DNA of 64,000 nt from positions 15,624,001 to 15,688,000 of the forward strand of contig OX597835.1 of NCBI GenBank assembly GCA_951406725.2, in the 5' to 3' direction. The position numbers and the translations under genes are program-made. Below are positions 38,259 to 50,243 of this stretch, piece by piece; the first letter of the stretch is position 1; each line of letters opens with the position of its first letter. Source of the stretch: Octopus vulgaris. Lineage: Eukaryota. The notes below the pieces were generated by a model that saw only the letters and a program-made list of their open reading frames with translations, was not told where the DNA came from and ran no database searches.

Positions 38259-38712
38259 GTAAGAATATATTGTTATATTTCTGTTGTTTCACATTTAAAT
38301 CGTATTCAAATTAAATTTCGTTTTGCCTGTCCCGAAGCCCCAACAAATGGAAAATGCTGTGTATATTCAGAGACTAAAAGCAAAATTTAGCACATTTGAA
38401 GCAGGAATAGTATTAATAGAAATATTTCTAATAACTTGAGTTTGATTCAGGTTTCTGTAGCTTCCAGAAACAATTATAGATTAAAATTTGTCTAAGTTAT
38501 GTTATTGGTACTTTTGCTGTTTCCTTGGTTTCTAGGTCACAGCGGAAGAAGGAATGAAAGAGGATTAGTGATAACAGCTAGCGGATCATTAATTAAAATG
38601 GACAAACTGTGTTTGATTGCTAAGGTACATTAGAGATGATAAGATTGAAGTTAGTGATCCCTTTTGATACACAGCAGTGGAATGCTGTAGCAGAAATCGT
38701 AGAAGATGAATA

Positions 38713-38999
38713 TCTTGATATATAAAAGAGAAGTTGTGTGTCTGTCTCCTATGATTTAGATTCCTAACTACTCCCACATTTTGGGGTGCAGTTTAACCAA
38801 AACTGGGTATCTTATAGTCGTGATTCATATCGAGCCCTTCTGGGTATAAGCGTGAGTCTACGATGTAAAAAAAATTTTACCACCATTTTCCCCCATTTTT
38901 AATGCATTTTTTGGTATTATATAAGGGAAGTAACTCTCTAAAAATGCTTATATAGTTATTTCCCTTACAAACCCAAGCAACGCCGAGTGATACTGCTAG
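38713..38999 (+). mobile_element. Non-autonomous Helitron
   Basis: 5' TC..ATATATAAA, degenerate 3' GC hairpin + CTAG, inserted between A and T. Confidence 0.7.
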
Positions 39000-39574
39000 T
39001 ATCTTATAAACTTTGCTAAGATTTGGTAGAAGCTTTACCGATGTCAAGAAAGTATTGTTTTTGTTAATGCTTTTGAGAAGAGCCCATGGTATACACTTAA
39101 AGCAGTCCCTGTTGAGTGGGTAATAAAAAAAAGGGTAGTTGTTTTAACGTTCTCCATCACCATTGGCATGCTACTAAGTCCTGTTCACTGGCGAGTGATG
39201 GCTATGTTTTTGCTTCTTAAGACCTTCTGTGATGAGAAGGTATTTTCTTTGTCTATAGTGTTATTTACTTAAAGATTAATTAGGACTTATTAAGTCTCAG
39301 TGTTAATATTTAAGGTGGCAGCGAGCTGGCAGAATTGTTAGCATGCTGGGCGATACGCTTAACAGCATATCGTCTGTCTTCATATTCTGACTTCAAATTC
39401 TGCCAGGGTCAACTTTGCCTTTCATCCTTTCGGGATCAATAAAATATGTAGCAGTAGAATACTGGGATCAATTTAGTCAGTATACCCCGCACCACACCCA
39501 CCTACTCCAAACTTGCAGGCCTTGTGTCAAAATTTGAAACCAATATTTCTCTGTATATCAGATTTGCTTATTTG

Positions 39575-39605
<31 letters not shown>

Positions 39606-39693
39606 ATATATAAATGTGTGGGCTTGTGTGTATGTGCATGTGATTATGGCACATTGGAATTTTCTTTTAATAACCATTGCTTTTCCGTTCTAG

Positions 39694-39907
39694 TTGGAAC
39701 TAGCTCTGACCCAGCTGGTGTGACAGTTGTTGATTCAATAAAAGTGTATGTGAGATCAAAAGAGTCATTTGGTTGGCCAGAGGAACCTGATGAATATCCT
39801 GAAACAACTACTAACAAGCCACCAATTAATGGAGCTGGTCCAGTTAATAATGTCACCGAATCTGATGCAGTACCTTTGACTACTATTCCTCTCACTTCAA
39901 CAGACAG
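39694..39907 (+). CDS. UBR4: UBR4 exon 17 (GTSSDPAGVTVVDSIKVY...KESFGWPEEP...)
   Basis: AG/GT, phase 1/2, conserved peptide. Confidence 0.95.
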
Positions 39908-39987
39908 GTATGCTATACTTTGTAACAGCGAAATTCTTCAAGCATCACAAAACTTTGTAGTGTTAAAAATTGGATTGACCAATACCT

Positions 39988-40236
39988 GTGCTGGTACCAT
40001 GTAAAAAGCACCTGTGCTGGTGTCACATAAAAGGTGCTGGTACCATGTAAAAAGCACCTGTGCTGGTGTCACGTAAAAGGTGCTGATACCATGTAAAAAG
40101 CTCTGGTGCTGGTACCATGTAAAAAGCTCTGGTGCTGGTACCATGTAAAAAGCTCTGGTGCTGGTACCATGTAAAAAGCTCTGGTGCTGGTACCATGTAA
40201 AAAGCTCTGGTGCTAGTGCCACATAAAAAAGCACCT
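39988..40236 (+). repeat. Minisatellite, 10 units of 20-27 bp (GTGCTGGTACCATGTAAAAAGCTCTG) leading into an RTE tail
   Basis: Directly visible tandem units. Confidence 0.92.
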
Positions 40237-40932
40237 GGTACACTCTGTAGAGTGGCTGGCATTAGGAAGGGCATCCAGCTGTAGAAATCAAAGCAGATAA
40301 TTGGAGTCTGGTGCAGCTTTCTGGCTTACCAACGCCTGTCAAACTGTTCAACCCATGCCAGCATGAGAAACAGATAACATGATAACGATGATGATGATCA
40401 TCATCGTTATAAGAACTCATGAAATTCAACTCTGACCTCAGTTTTGTGGATGAATGATTGAGGCTGATTTTTTTCAAAAAATTTTGATCGAAAAATATTT
40501 TAAGTATTCATCCTTATTATCTTCCTGAAAAGCCATTTCTTTCACTATCACTGACTGGCTTACACTATCAGAAATTTAAACATTTAATTCAAAGTCCACC
40601 ATGTGTTAGGCATGTAGCATTTTTTTATTTGATGCATTCAAAAATCATTCAGGTTCTGAGTTGCTGTTATTAATTCTGAAGTTTATAGGAAAATGTAGAA
40701 TGCTTAGAAATAAAGAAAAATAAGATTTTGAAGGAAGGAAAAAATAGCCAAAATATGTGGGAGAAATCACAATGTGCTACATCTTACTTGCTAACATCTT
40801 CCAGTTACAACTCAATGCCAAAAAGAAATGGTTTAATAAAAGGCTGTATAAGACTAAATATTCTTTAAGTATGTAAATACACTTCTGTGTACCAAAGAAA
40901 CTCACAATGTTTTGTTTCAATCTTTGTTTCAG

Positions 40933-41032
40933 ATTACTTGCAGGAGCTTTGGAAGTACTTGATGGATCCTTTTCCACCTATCTCAATGCCGAAGACAAAT
41001 TTCATGGAAGCAGTCCCCCAGCACCTGTGAAA
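40933..41032 (+). CDS. UBR4: UBR4 exon 18 (LLAGALEVLDGSF...PAPVK)
   Basis: AG/GT, phase 2/0. Confidence 0.88.
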
Positions 41033-41050
41033 GTAATGTTATTTTGTTCA

Positions 41051-41090
<40 letters not shown>

Positions 41091-41340
41091 TGTATCTGTC
41101 TATATACAAACACACACGCATTTTTAAATGCTTGTTTTATAGTATTTAATCTTGTTAAGACTTTGCTGTTACATAATGCTTTTTAACAGAAAAAGAAACA
41201 AAAAAAAAAGAAATGTCTCTATTGGTATTCACTTAAAATTATTCTTTAACATGTTCTTTTATAAAATTTTACAATTTAAAAAAAAAAAAAAAAGGTTTTG
41301 ATGGAGGAAAAAATGTTTCAGACAATTATTTCTTTTACAG

Positions 41341-41475
41341 TTGCCACATCATCAAGCTGCTCTTGAAATTGCAACCAGTCTACTTACTTTACCGACCCCA
41401 AACAGTGTCCAACAGCAGACAAAAAGTTTGCTGGCATCTCTATTCCCAACAAAGGCTGCATATCACAATCACAAA
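41341..41475 (+). CDS. UBR4: UBR4 exon 19 (AALEIATSLLTLPTPNSVQQQTKSLLASL...YHNHK)
   Basis: AG/GT, conserved peptide. Confidence 0.94.
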
Positions 41476-41507
41476 GTTAGTAGAAATTTTGATTTTGCTT
41501 TCATTAT

Positions 41508-41671
41508 TTAATTGTTATCGCCATATTAATATGGCATTCTTATAGATATAAGAATAATCGCTGCCGCTGGTCAGCTCCATGAGGCCACCGCCATCAAGAT
41601 AGCTATTGATAGCGGCAGCGATTATTCTTATATCTACAAGAATGCCATATTAATATGGCGATAACAATTAA
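41508..41671. repeat. 61-bp inverted repeat (1 mismatch) with 42-nt loop
   Basis: 41508-41568 is the reverse complement of 41611-41671. Confidence 0.95.
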
Positions 41672-41813
41672 TTTCCAGTAGACGCTGCCGTAATCTCTTT
41701 TATAGAGACTTAGTAATTTTAATATTTCTATTATTTCATTACTTAGTCATCTTTCTATGAGCCTGAGGAACTGAATGACCATATGATGACTTTCTTTTCT
41801 CTTCTTTAATTAG

Positions 41814-41985
41814 GATCATGCCCAATTAAGTCACGTAATGCACAGCCTTCTTCAAGGTTCCCAAGACATGGATGTAGAAGCTTTTCAACGTTTGGTTGTC
41901 ACTGCCCGTTCTATTGCTGTCACAAGACCGAGCAATCTGGTGCGGTTTGCTGAGAAAGGTAGTGCTGTGATTGAAGAAATAAAAG
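41814..41985 (+). CDS. UBR4: UBR4 exon 20 (DHAQLS...FQRLVVTARSIAVTRPSNLVRF...)
   Basis: AG/GT, phase 0/1; an in-frame alternative donor after 41958 is also possible. Confidence 0.92.
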
Positions 41986-42485
41986 GTATCTAATGCTAGT
42001 TTCATCTTAGACAAATAAATGGTGTGTTTATCTTTTACGAGGCCATGCTGGGGCACTACTGCCTTGAACGATTTTAGACAACCAAATTGATCTCTGTGTT
42101 TATTTGTTTGAAGTCTGATACTTTTGTTGAACTGGTAAGGTTGTCAGGCAGACACACACACACACACACACACATGCACAAATGTAAATATATTCGAGGG
42201 TGACCAATGTCAGTGTCACCTGACTGGCTCCTATGCTGGTGGCATGTAAAAAAACACCATTCGAACGTGGCCGATGCCAGTGTCGCCTGACTGGCTCCTG
42301 TGCCAGTGACATGTAAAAGGCACCTACTCTGAGTGGTTGGCATTAGGAAGGGCATCCAGCTGTAGAAACCTTGCCAGGTCAGATTGGAGCCTGGTGCAAA
42401 CTGTCCAACCCATGCCAGAATGGAAAGCGGATGTTAAACAGTGATGATGATACACACATGCACACACACACACACACACTGGGCT

Positions 42486-42558
42486 ACCTGCATTGCTCAG
42501 TTTGTAGAGCATCAGATTTTTAATCTGAAGGTCGCAGGTTTATGTTCCTCTGTGGGTG
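42486..42558 (+). pseudogene. tRNA-Lys(UUU)-derived pseudogene
   Basis: 73 nt aligning to tRNA-Lys GCTCAGT..GTAGAGCATCAGA.TTTTAATCTGA.GGTC; degenerate T-loop and acceptor stem. Confidence 0.8.
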
Positions 42559-42872
42559 TATGTTTACTGTGAAGGACAATCTCAGAAGACTGGACCTTTC
42601 AGACAAGATGGCAAAGAACCAAGATACCCGGTGCCTTGCTGTACTCAACAAGACCCGTCCTCCACAGCAGAAATGTTAAGGTGCCTTGGTGAAGAGGATT
42701 GGCCTGCAAGGGTCATGTGCCAGTGCCACATAAAATGCCCTTGTGCCGGTACCACATAAAATTTAAATTAAAGTTGATGTTAAATTATTGATTAAAATTA
42801 ATTTTAAGGTATTTGGTGGGTTTTTTTATTTGTATTGACTCCAATGTAATGATAACCATTTCTCTTGTACAG

Positions 42873-43028
42873 ATGATTCTTCAAGCGGAAGTGATTGCAG
42901 TCCCAAAACTGATGAGGCTGAATCTGCTGAAGAAGGATGTACTTTTGTGTCCCAATTGATGAATACCTTTTGGAAATTATATGCTGCTAAACCACCGAAT
43001 ATTATGCTAGCTCCAGTTTGTATGCCAG
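42873..43028 (+). CDS. UBR4: UBR4 exon 21 (FVSQLMNTFWKLYAAKPPNIMLAPVCMP)
   Basis: AG/GT, phase 1/1, conserved FWKL..KP.N..LAP. Confidence 0.94.
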
Positions 43029-43451
43029 GTATGAATTTCTTGATAATTTGAACATTTTTTAATCTTAACATTTTTTAATTACTTGCAAAGAAAATTTCTT
43101 CAGGTATAGTGGCCATTTTGGTTAATGCAAGGAACTATCCTCTCTCTGCAGAATCAAGTTCTTCAGAACATACTTTGGTTGTGATGTCATACTTTAGGAA
43201 AAATATTAATAAACCAATCATTCATTAATTTATAATTTCTTTCCAAACCCTGGGGTATTTCACATGGAATTTTGTTACATAAGTCAACCTATCTTTCTTG
43301 ACTGTAAATTTTGATCTGTATGCTAGAAAATATGATAATTGTAGGCTGAATCACTTTTCTGAGTGAGCACTTTCAAATGAATAATAGAAATTTGTTCATT
43401 TCTCTTTCAAATTTCTAATTATACTGAATTTATTTATTTTTTATATTCCAG

Positions 43452-43573
43452 GTTTAGCTCATGTTGAAGCTACTGTAGTAGCACTTGTTGAGATAATCCA
43501 TGCTTTCTGCATCTGTGACCTGACTACTGTAAATCAAGCTACAAAGCAATATGTCCGATTATTGCTTTGCCCA
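43452..43573 (+). CDS. UBR4: UBR4 exon 22 (GLAHVEATVVALVEIIHAF...LLLCP)
   Basis: AG/GTAAGT, conserved peptide. Confidence 0.95.
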
Positions 43574-43650
43574 GTAAGTAACAGCATAAAAATTGATATT
43601 ATTATCATCCTATTAAAATTAATTTAATTCTTGGTTCACACACAAACATA

Positions 43651-43702
<52 letters not shown>

Positions 43703-43888
43703 TCCAACCCATGCTAGCATGGAAAGCGGACGTTAAATGATGATGATGATGATATATATAAATGGCGGTGCCCCAGCATGGCCACAGCTCATGAGCTGAA
43801 ACTAGATAAAATAAAATAAATATATAAAATTAACAGAATGAGATAAAAAATCCAAGGATAAGAAAGATTTAAGAACATTTATAAAGAG

Positions 43889-43936
43889 GCCTTACAGCTG
43901 TTTCCAGGATATTTTATATATCCCTTCATCAGAGAC
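43889..43936 (-). ncRNA. Minimal type I hammerhead-ribozyme motif (Penelope-associated)
   Basis: GUCU-CUGAUGA-AGGGAUAU(AUAAA)AUAUCCUG-GAAAC-AGCU-GUA-AGGC on the minus strand. Confidence 0.65.
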
Positions 43937-44122
43937 GGTGCGAGAAAATGGCTAAGCAATAGTTATTATTCAAATCCTACCATGGTCAACTTTGCCTTTT
44001 GTCCTTTCAGGGTCAATAAGTACCAATCAGGTACTGGGTTTTTTGGTGTAATTCACTTGTCCTTTCCCTCAAAATCGTTGTCCTTGTCTCAAAATTAGAA
44101 TCATTATTATTTTGTATTGCAG

Positions 44123-44240
44123 GATCCTTGTGTAAGTTTTGCCTGCAAACAGGCATTACTGAAAGTTCTTCGCCCCCGGCATAGACGGCAAAGACGAGTC
44201 TTTATTCCCTCACCACCAAGATGTACTTCTCCTGGAAAAA
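44123..44240 (+). CDS. UBR4: UBR4 exon 23 ([25 protein letters not shown]...)
   Basis: AG/GT, phase 0/1. Confidence 0.94.
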
Positions 44241-45469
44241 GTAATCACCTTAAATTTTATAATTCTTTTGTTTTTTTAATTATCAAACTCATTTAATGCT
44301 TTCCTTCCTGAAAGGAATAAAAATCTCACACAAGTTAAAGGAAGAGCGTAAAAAAAAAAATCCTTAAAAAGTTTTAGTTTAGATTCCATGCAACATGTAC
44401 TATACTTGAATGCACAGTAAACTATCGACAGTTATGAAACCTTGCTACAACCTTAACTTCTACAAGGCACAGATATGGCTGTGTGGTTAAGAAACATATT
44501 TCAAATGAAATACTCTACTAATTTTGAAAATATGAAGTATTTAGTGTAATAACCGTCATTATTAACCCTTTTGTTACTGTATTTCAGTTGAGGTGCTCTG
44601 TGTTTCTTTCATTTAATTTTAAATATAACAAAGAATTTAGTAAAATAACTTAGTTATCATTAAGCTAGTGTTAGGAACATAAATTGTGACTAAGGTTTGG
44701 TGGAAGGTTTTAATTCAAGACTTATGGAAACAAGACATTTGTACTACAAAGCCAGAAGCGGTTTCAGCCAGGTTGGTATCAAAAGGGTTAAGAATTGTTT
44801 CTCTATTATATATTTTAACCTTTTTGTTATACCATATTGCTGTTGAGATGCTCTGTGTTTCTTTCAATTGATTTTAAATATAACAAAGAATTTAGTAAAA
44901 TAACTTAGTTATCATTCAGCTAATGTTAGGAACATAAATTGTGATGAAGGTTTGGTGGAAGATTTTAATTCAAAAGTACTCAGAGCCAGATCTGGTATTG
45001 TGCATGCAGTACAAAATACTTGGCGGCATTTAATCCGTTTTTACATTCTGGGTTCAAATTCTGCAGCGGTCAACTTTACCTTTCATTTTTCTGAAGTCAA
45101 TAAAATAAGTACCGGTTGAGTACTGGGGTTGATCTAACTGGCTTACTCCCCCACTCGAAATTGCTGGCCTTGTGCCAAAATTTGGAACCATTATTAATCT
45201 GGTATTTAAGGTGGTGAGCTAAAGGGTCAAATTTCCGCTTTTAAATTCAAGAAACCACATATTGTGTATTGTCAGAGCTAGCTTCTTCAAGCTGTAGGCT
45301 TAAACTTTGAACCACCTTTACTTTGGTCAACTGTATGCATAGGTAATGATGGGGGTGGTGGTCCACTTTAGACTTAGCTTTCAAAAAAAAAAAAAAACGA
45401 TCCTGATAACAACTGTTTACTTTGGTCCACATTTGTATCAATTAGTTTATTTGTCTCAAAATATTTCAG

Positions 45470-45606
45470 GAGGAGCTACAGCTGATGATGATGATGACTA
45501 CGAACACCAGAGCAAAGTACCCAAAAGCCATGTGCAACATGAAAATAAGCCAGAACCAGAAGTTCTAGAACAAGACCAAGATTTGATTGGAAATTATGCT
45601 GAACAG
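45470..45606 (+). CDS. UBR4: UBR4 exon 24, acidic linker (GATADDDDDYEHQ...AEQ)
   Basis: AG/GT, phase 1/0; poly-Asp as in the UBR4 linker. Confidence 0.85.
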
Positions 45607-45727
45607 GTAAATGCTTTACATTTTCTAAAAGAATGCAATCAAGTTGTAGGAACTTTGTAATAGTGTAACCCTCTGCCAGCCAATCCTGTCACTTCATTAG
45701 AATTTAATTGTGTACATGATGTGACTA

Positions 45728-46133
45728 GGCGCAGGAGTGGTTGTGTGGTAAGTAGCTTGCTTATCAGCCACATGGTTCCCGGGTTCAGTCCCACTGCGTG
45801 GCATCTTGGGCAAGTGTCTTCTGCTATAGCCCCGGGCCGACCAATGCCTTGTGAGTGGATTTGGTAGACGGAAACTGAAAGAAGCCTGTCGTGTGTGTGT
45901 GTGTGTATATATATATATATGTATGTGTGTGTGTCTGTGTTTGTCCCCCTAGCATTGTTTGACAACCGATGCTGGTGTATATATGTCCTCGTCACTTAGC
46001 GGTTCAACAAAAGAGACCGATAGAATAAGTACTGGGCTTACAAAGAATAAGTCCCGGGGTCGATTTGCTCGACTAAAGGCGGTGCTCCAGCATGGCCGCA
46101 GCCAAATGACTGAAACAAGTAAAAGAGAAAAGA
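45728..46133 (+). mobile_element. tRNA-derived SINE family 1 copy
   Basis: Full-length; reverse complement of 2051-2465. Confidence 0.85.
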
Positions 46134-46611
46134 GTATGTGTCAAGCAGCAGCTAATTTCGATCATTAAAGACAAATTAATGTTTGTTCTTTAAAATATAA
46201 TAAGGCAGTGAGTTAGCAGAATCATTTGCATGTCGGACAGAAATTCTTAGTGTTTCTTCCAGTTCTTTCCATTCTGAGTTCAGATTCTGCCTAGGTTGAA
46301 TTTTGCCTTTCAGCCTTTTGTGGTTGATAAAACAAAGTGCCAGTTGAGTGCTGGGGTTGACATAACTAAGTTAACCCTCTTCCTAAATTTATTGGCCTTG
46401 TGCCAAAAATTTGAACCCACCGTTTAAGATGTAGGAGTCAGGTTCAAAAGGTCATTTGCCATTAACATAATCCGCCTAATACATCTCATCTCCTCCATCT
46501 CTGCTCCCCCACTTCCTCACACCACCACCTGTTTCTCTATTACTTGTTATCCTCCATCTTGAGCTCTGAATTCTAATTAAAAAAAACAGGTAGCAGTAAC
46601 ATATATGGATG

Positions 46612-46992
46612 GAAGCACTCCGTCGGTTACGACGATGAGGGTTCCGGTTGATCCGAATCACGGAACAGCCTGCTCGTGAAATTAACGTGTAAGTGGCTGA
46701 GCACTCCACAGACACGTGTACCCTTAACGTAGTTCTCGGGGAGATTCAGCGTGACACAGAGAGTGACAAGGCCGGCCCTTTGAAATACAGGTACAACAGA
46801 AACAGGAAGTAAGAGTGAGAGAAAGTTGTGGTGAAAGAGTACAGCAGGGATCACCACCATCCCCTGCCGGAGCCTCGTGGAGCTTTAGGTGTTTTCGCTC
46901 AATAAACACTCACAACGCCCGGTCTGGGAATCGAAACTGCGATCCTACAACCGCGAGCCAGCTGCCCTAACCACTGGGCCATTGCGCCTCCA
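46612..46992 (-). mobile_element. tRNA-derived SINE family 2 (Nin/Deu-domain-like core)
   Basis: tRNA-like head GGAGGCGCAATGGCCCAGTGGTTAGGGC..GTTTCGATTC; copies at 60311-60640 (+) and about 35256-35590 (-). Confidence 0.8.
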
Positions 46993-47176
46993 CAATAGTA
47001 ACATATATAGTGTGTGTGTGTATGTATGCCGGCATAGAAAATTAGACGTTAAAAATCATGATCTAAGTGCCTAAGTTTGTACTCTTGGAGGATTACTAAT
47101 TTCTTTTACCTTGACAGTTCTTATTCCCATGAACAATCGGCACACACATAACTGCACGTTTCTTTTCTCTTTAAAG

Positions 47177-47335
47177 AATGAACCAATGATATTAGAACCT
47201 GCAGACCACAATCTTCCTTTAGAAGCTCTTCTAGGTGGCAGTGGGGCAAATTTCCCTCCAATTGTAGACATTCCTCCTGATGCTGATGATGAAACTATGG
47301 TGGAGTTAGCAATTGCACTCAGTCTACAAGATCAG
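47177..47335 (+). CDS. UBR4: UBR4 exon 25 with UIM-like motif (DIPPDADDETMVELAIALSLQDQ)
   Basis: AAG/GTAAG, conserved motif. Confidence 0.94.
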
Positions 47336-47621
47336 GTAAGCACTGATTCACCTCTCTCCTTTCATCTTTTTAATATAGCAATGTATTATATATATATATG
47401 TAAGGCAAGCTGGCAGAATTGCTAGCATGTCAGACTGTCAGACAATTTTTTATAATTTGTATTCTTATCTTATATGTATTGAATTATAAGGTATATATGT
47501 ATGCTATTAAGGTTCTCATTTTGTTAAATGAATAAATAATTGTTTTTACTTGTTCATATTTGTTGGTCATTCTTATTATTTTCTGTTGGTTTATGGATTA
47601 TCATTCATTTTATTTTGATAG

Positions 47622-47678
47622 TCACGACATGGCACTGAACTGAGCTTGCAAAGTTTGGGACTGGCAGGACAAAACAAT
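47622..47678 (+). CDS. UBR4: UBR4 exon 26 (SRHGTELSLQSLGLAGQNN)
   Basis: AG/GTAAGA; matches LQSLGLSGQ. Confidence 0.88.
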
Positions 47679-48803
47679 GTAAGATATATGCATATATATA
47701 TATATTTGTGTGAAATAATAATTTAGCAATTCTAGAAAGTTTTTTTTATAATTATAAGTTGTGCTACTGCAATAGAGTTTAAATAATAATTCACTCATTT
47801 CAAATATACCATATTTTAATGTGCATAAAGAATCCCCTAATTTTGGGGGCTTAAAATTTGGCAAAAAGGTTTTGTAAGGGATTATAATACTATCCATGTA
47901 TAACAAACTTCCATTTATTTTTAACCTAATTTTTGACCAAAAAGGGTTCCTTATATATACCTTAAAATATGATTTTTCAGTTTGGTTCCCCCTCCCATGC
48001 TTTCTTTTAGAGGGTTTAATACCCCAGCAGATTTAATTATTAGTAGCTTGATTTTACTACTACTACTACTACTACATCATCATCATCATTTAATGTCCGT
48101 TTTCCATACTGGCATGGGTTGGGCAGTTTGACAGGAGCTGAACCAGGTTCCATTGTCTGTTTTCTGGTTCCTACAGCTGGATGCCTCTCCTAACTCCAAC
48201 CACTTTGCAAAGTGTGCTGGATGCTCTCTGTAAAGTGGTTGGTGAGAGGCTTAAAGAAATATGGAATAAATTATTTTTAATTGTGGGGCTCAAAAGTTCT
48301 GAATAATTACACATAGAATTTTGGGTTAAAAAAAAAGACCTTTGGATAGAAAAAAGTTGAAGGCTGCCCATTGGTGACTATTTTTTTTTTTCCTATCCAT
48401 ACAATTTTTGACACTATTATTTATAAATCTACTCCCAGTTTCAACTTAAAAAAAAACAGCAGCTTGATATTAAATTTATTTCTTCTTGTAAAATTAATTA
48501 AATGATAATTATTTTGTGGTTAAGAAAAGCTAGTATTGTGTTCTGTGTTTTCATCATTTTAACCCTTTAGCATTCATGTTACTCTGTCAAATGTAATGCT
48601 TATTTCTTTATACATTTGAATTAAGCATTATCTCATAGTTAGAATGACATTTTAGGGTGGGTGTGAAAGGCTGGATGTGGCTGTTTTGAACATAAGGCAG
48701 GTAGAATATTTGAACCAGATTTGGCCAGTTAAAATGCTAAAGGGTTAATAGCTTACTGACTTTGATTTAAGACTTTCTTATCAAACTTCAATTTTTCTTG
48801 CAG

Positions 48804-48981
48804 GCTGTTTCACTACTAGAAGAAGGCCCACTATCTGACACAACGGCTTCAGCTCCAGGCAGTGATGATGAAGTTGGCAGTAATGCAGCTACAGATGGAT
48901 CAACGCTGAGAACTTCCCCAGCAGAACATGCAGGCAGCGCTGGCTCTGAGAGTGGTGGTAGTGCTGTTGACTCCGTCTCTA
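48804..48981 (+). CDS. UBR4: UBR4 exon 27 ([14 protein letters not shown]...[13 protein letters not shown]...SAVDSVS)
   Basis: Conserved peptide; donor chosen by phase (A|GTAGGT), slightly uncertain. Confidence 0.9.
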
Positions 48982-50243
48982 GTAGGTTTTGGTTTTATTT
49001 TGTTTCTTTGTACTTTACATGGCATTTACTAAGGATGACTGTGTTTATCTCTCTATATGAGGACCCAGGTATGTGGTGCATTGCTAAACTCAAAAAGACC
49101 TGCCCATTGCAATGAAATTGATATCCTAAAACCAAGGTGCTATGTAAAAAGCACCCAGTGCACTCTGTAGAGTGGTTGGTGTTAGGAAGGGCATCCAGTT
49201 GTAGAAACCAATCCAAAACAGGCAATGGAACCTGGTGCAGCCCCTGACCTTGCCAGTTCCTGTCAAGCCGTCCAACCCATGCCAGCATGGAAAATGGACA
49301 TTAAATGTTGGTGATGATGATGATGATGATTGGCTACACATCCGATCCATGACTGTATAGAAAATGGATGTTAGAAGGATGATGATTCTTGGCGTCTAGA
49401 ATTACAGAATATTCCAGTGCAGTCACGGAAAATGACAGCTGCAGCAATTAATTAATGAAGGCTTGGGGGAAATGATAAATTGCACTTATCATCATCATTT
49501 AATGTCTGTATCTCATGCTGGCATGGGTGGGACAGTTTGACTGGATCCATTTAGCAAGAGGGTTGTATTGGACTCCAGTGTCTGTTTTGGTAAGATTTTC
49601 TAGATCTGGATGCCCTTCCTAATGCCAACCACTTAAAGTATACTGGGTGCTTTTTCTATGGCACCAGCACTAGTAAGCTCACCAAGTAACTCACAAGACT
49701 AGACTCCTTGACAGAGTTTGGATACAGAAGAATAGAGAGAGGTGGCTTTGTGTTTGGTTTTGAGAGGCTAAGGTGTGATAGAGGGACAAACACAGGTGTT
49801 TTACTGTAGAGGAGATAAACATGGCTACTCCCAGCAGAAAGGGATGATTGAAATGAAGTGTCAGGGTGTACCTCAAGGTACAATGTGAATAATTATGGTG
49901 AGAAATGAATACAAAAAGTTTAGGGATCTGTTTCTGTTGTTCATAGCAAAGGTTTTTTTGTCTTTGTTTTTACTTCTTAAAACAAAGAGAAAACTGTATG
50001 AGGCATATTGGTAGGGATAAGTGACCCATGCTAGAATAGAAAGTGTTAGAAGTGGAAGAGAAGCAAGTAAAAAAAATAATACAAAAACAAAATAAACTTG
50101 AAGGACTGGTTCAGTTGAATCTATCGATGGCACAGCATTGAGATGCCTAGAGATATACTTTGTAGATTCTTTGGTACATAGAAGTTAGAAACATCTGTTG
50201 GTGATAATGATTTGTGATGATGTCATTTTGTGTTTGTTTTCAG

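Noticed and set aside
39988-40236. CRISPR-like look of the 26-bp repeats
   Set aside because: No unique spacers, no cas genes, eukaryotic intron; unit derives from the RTE 3'UTR
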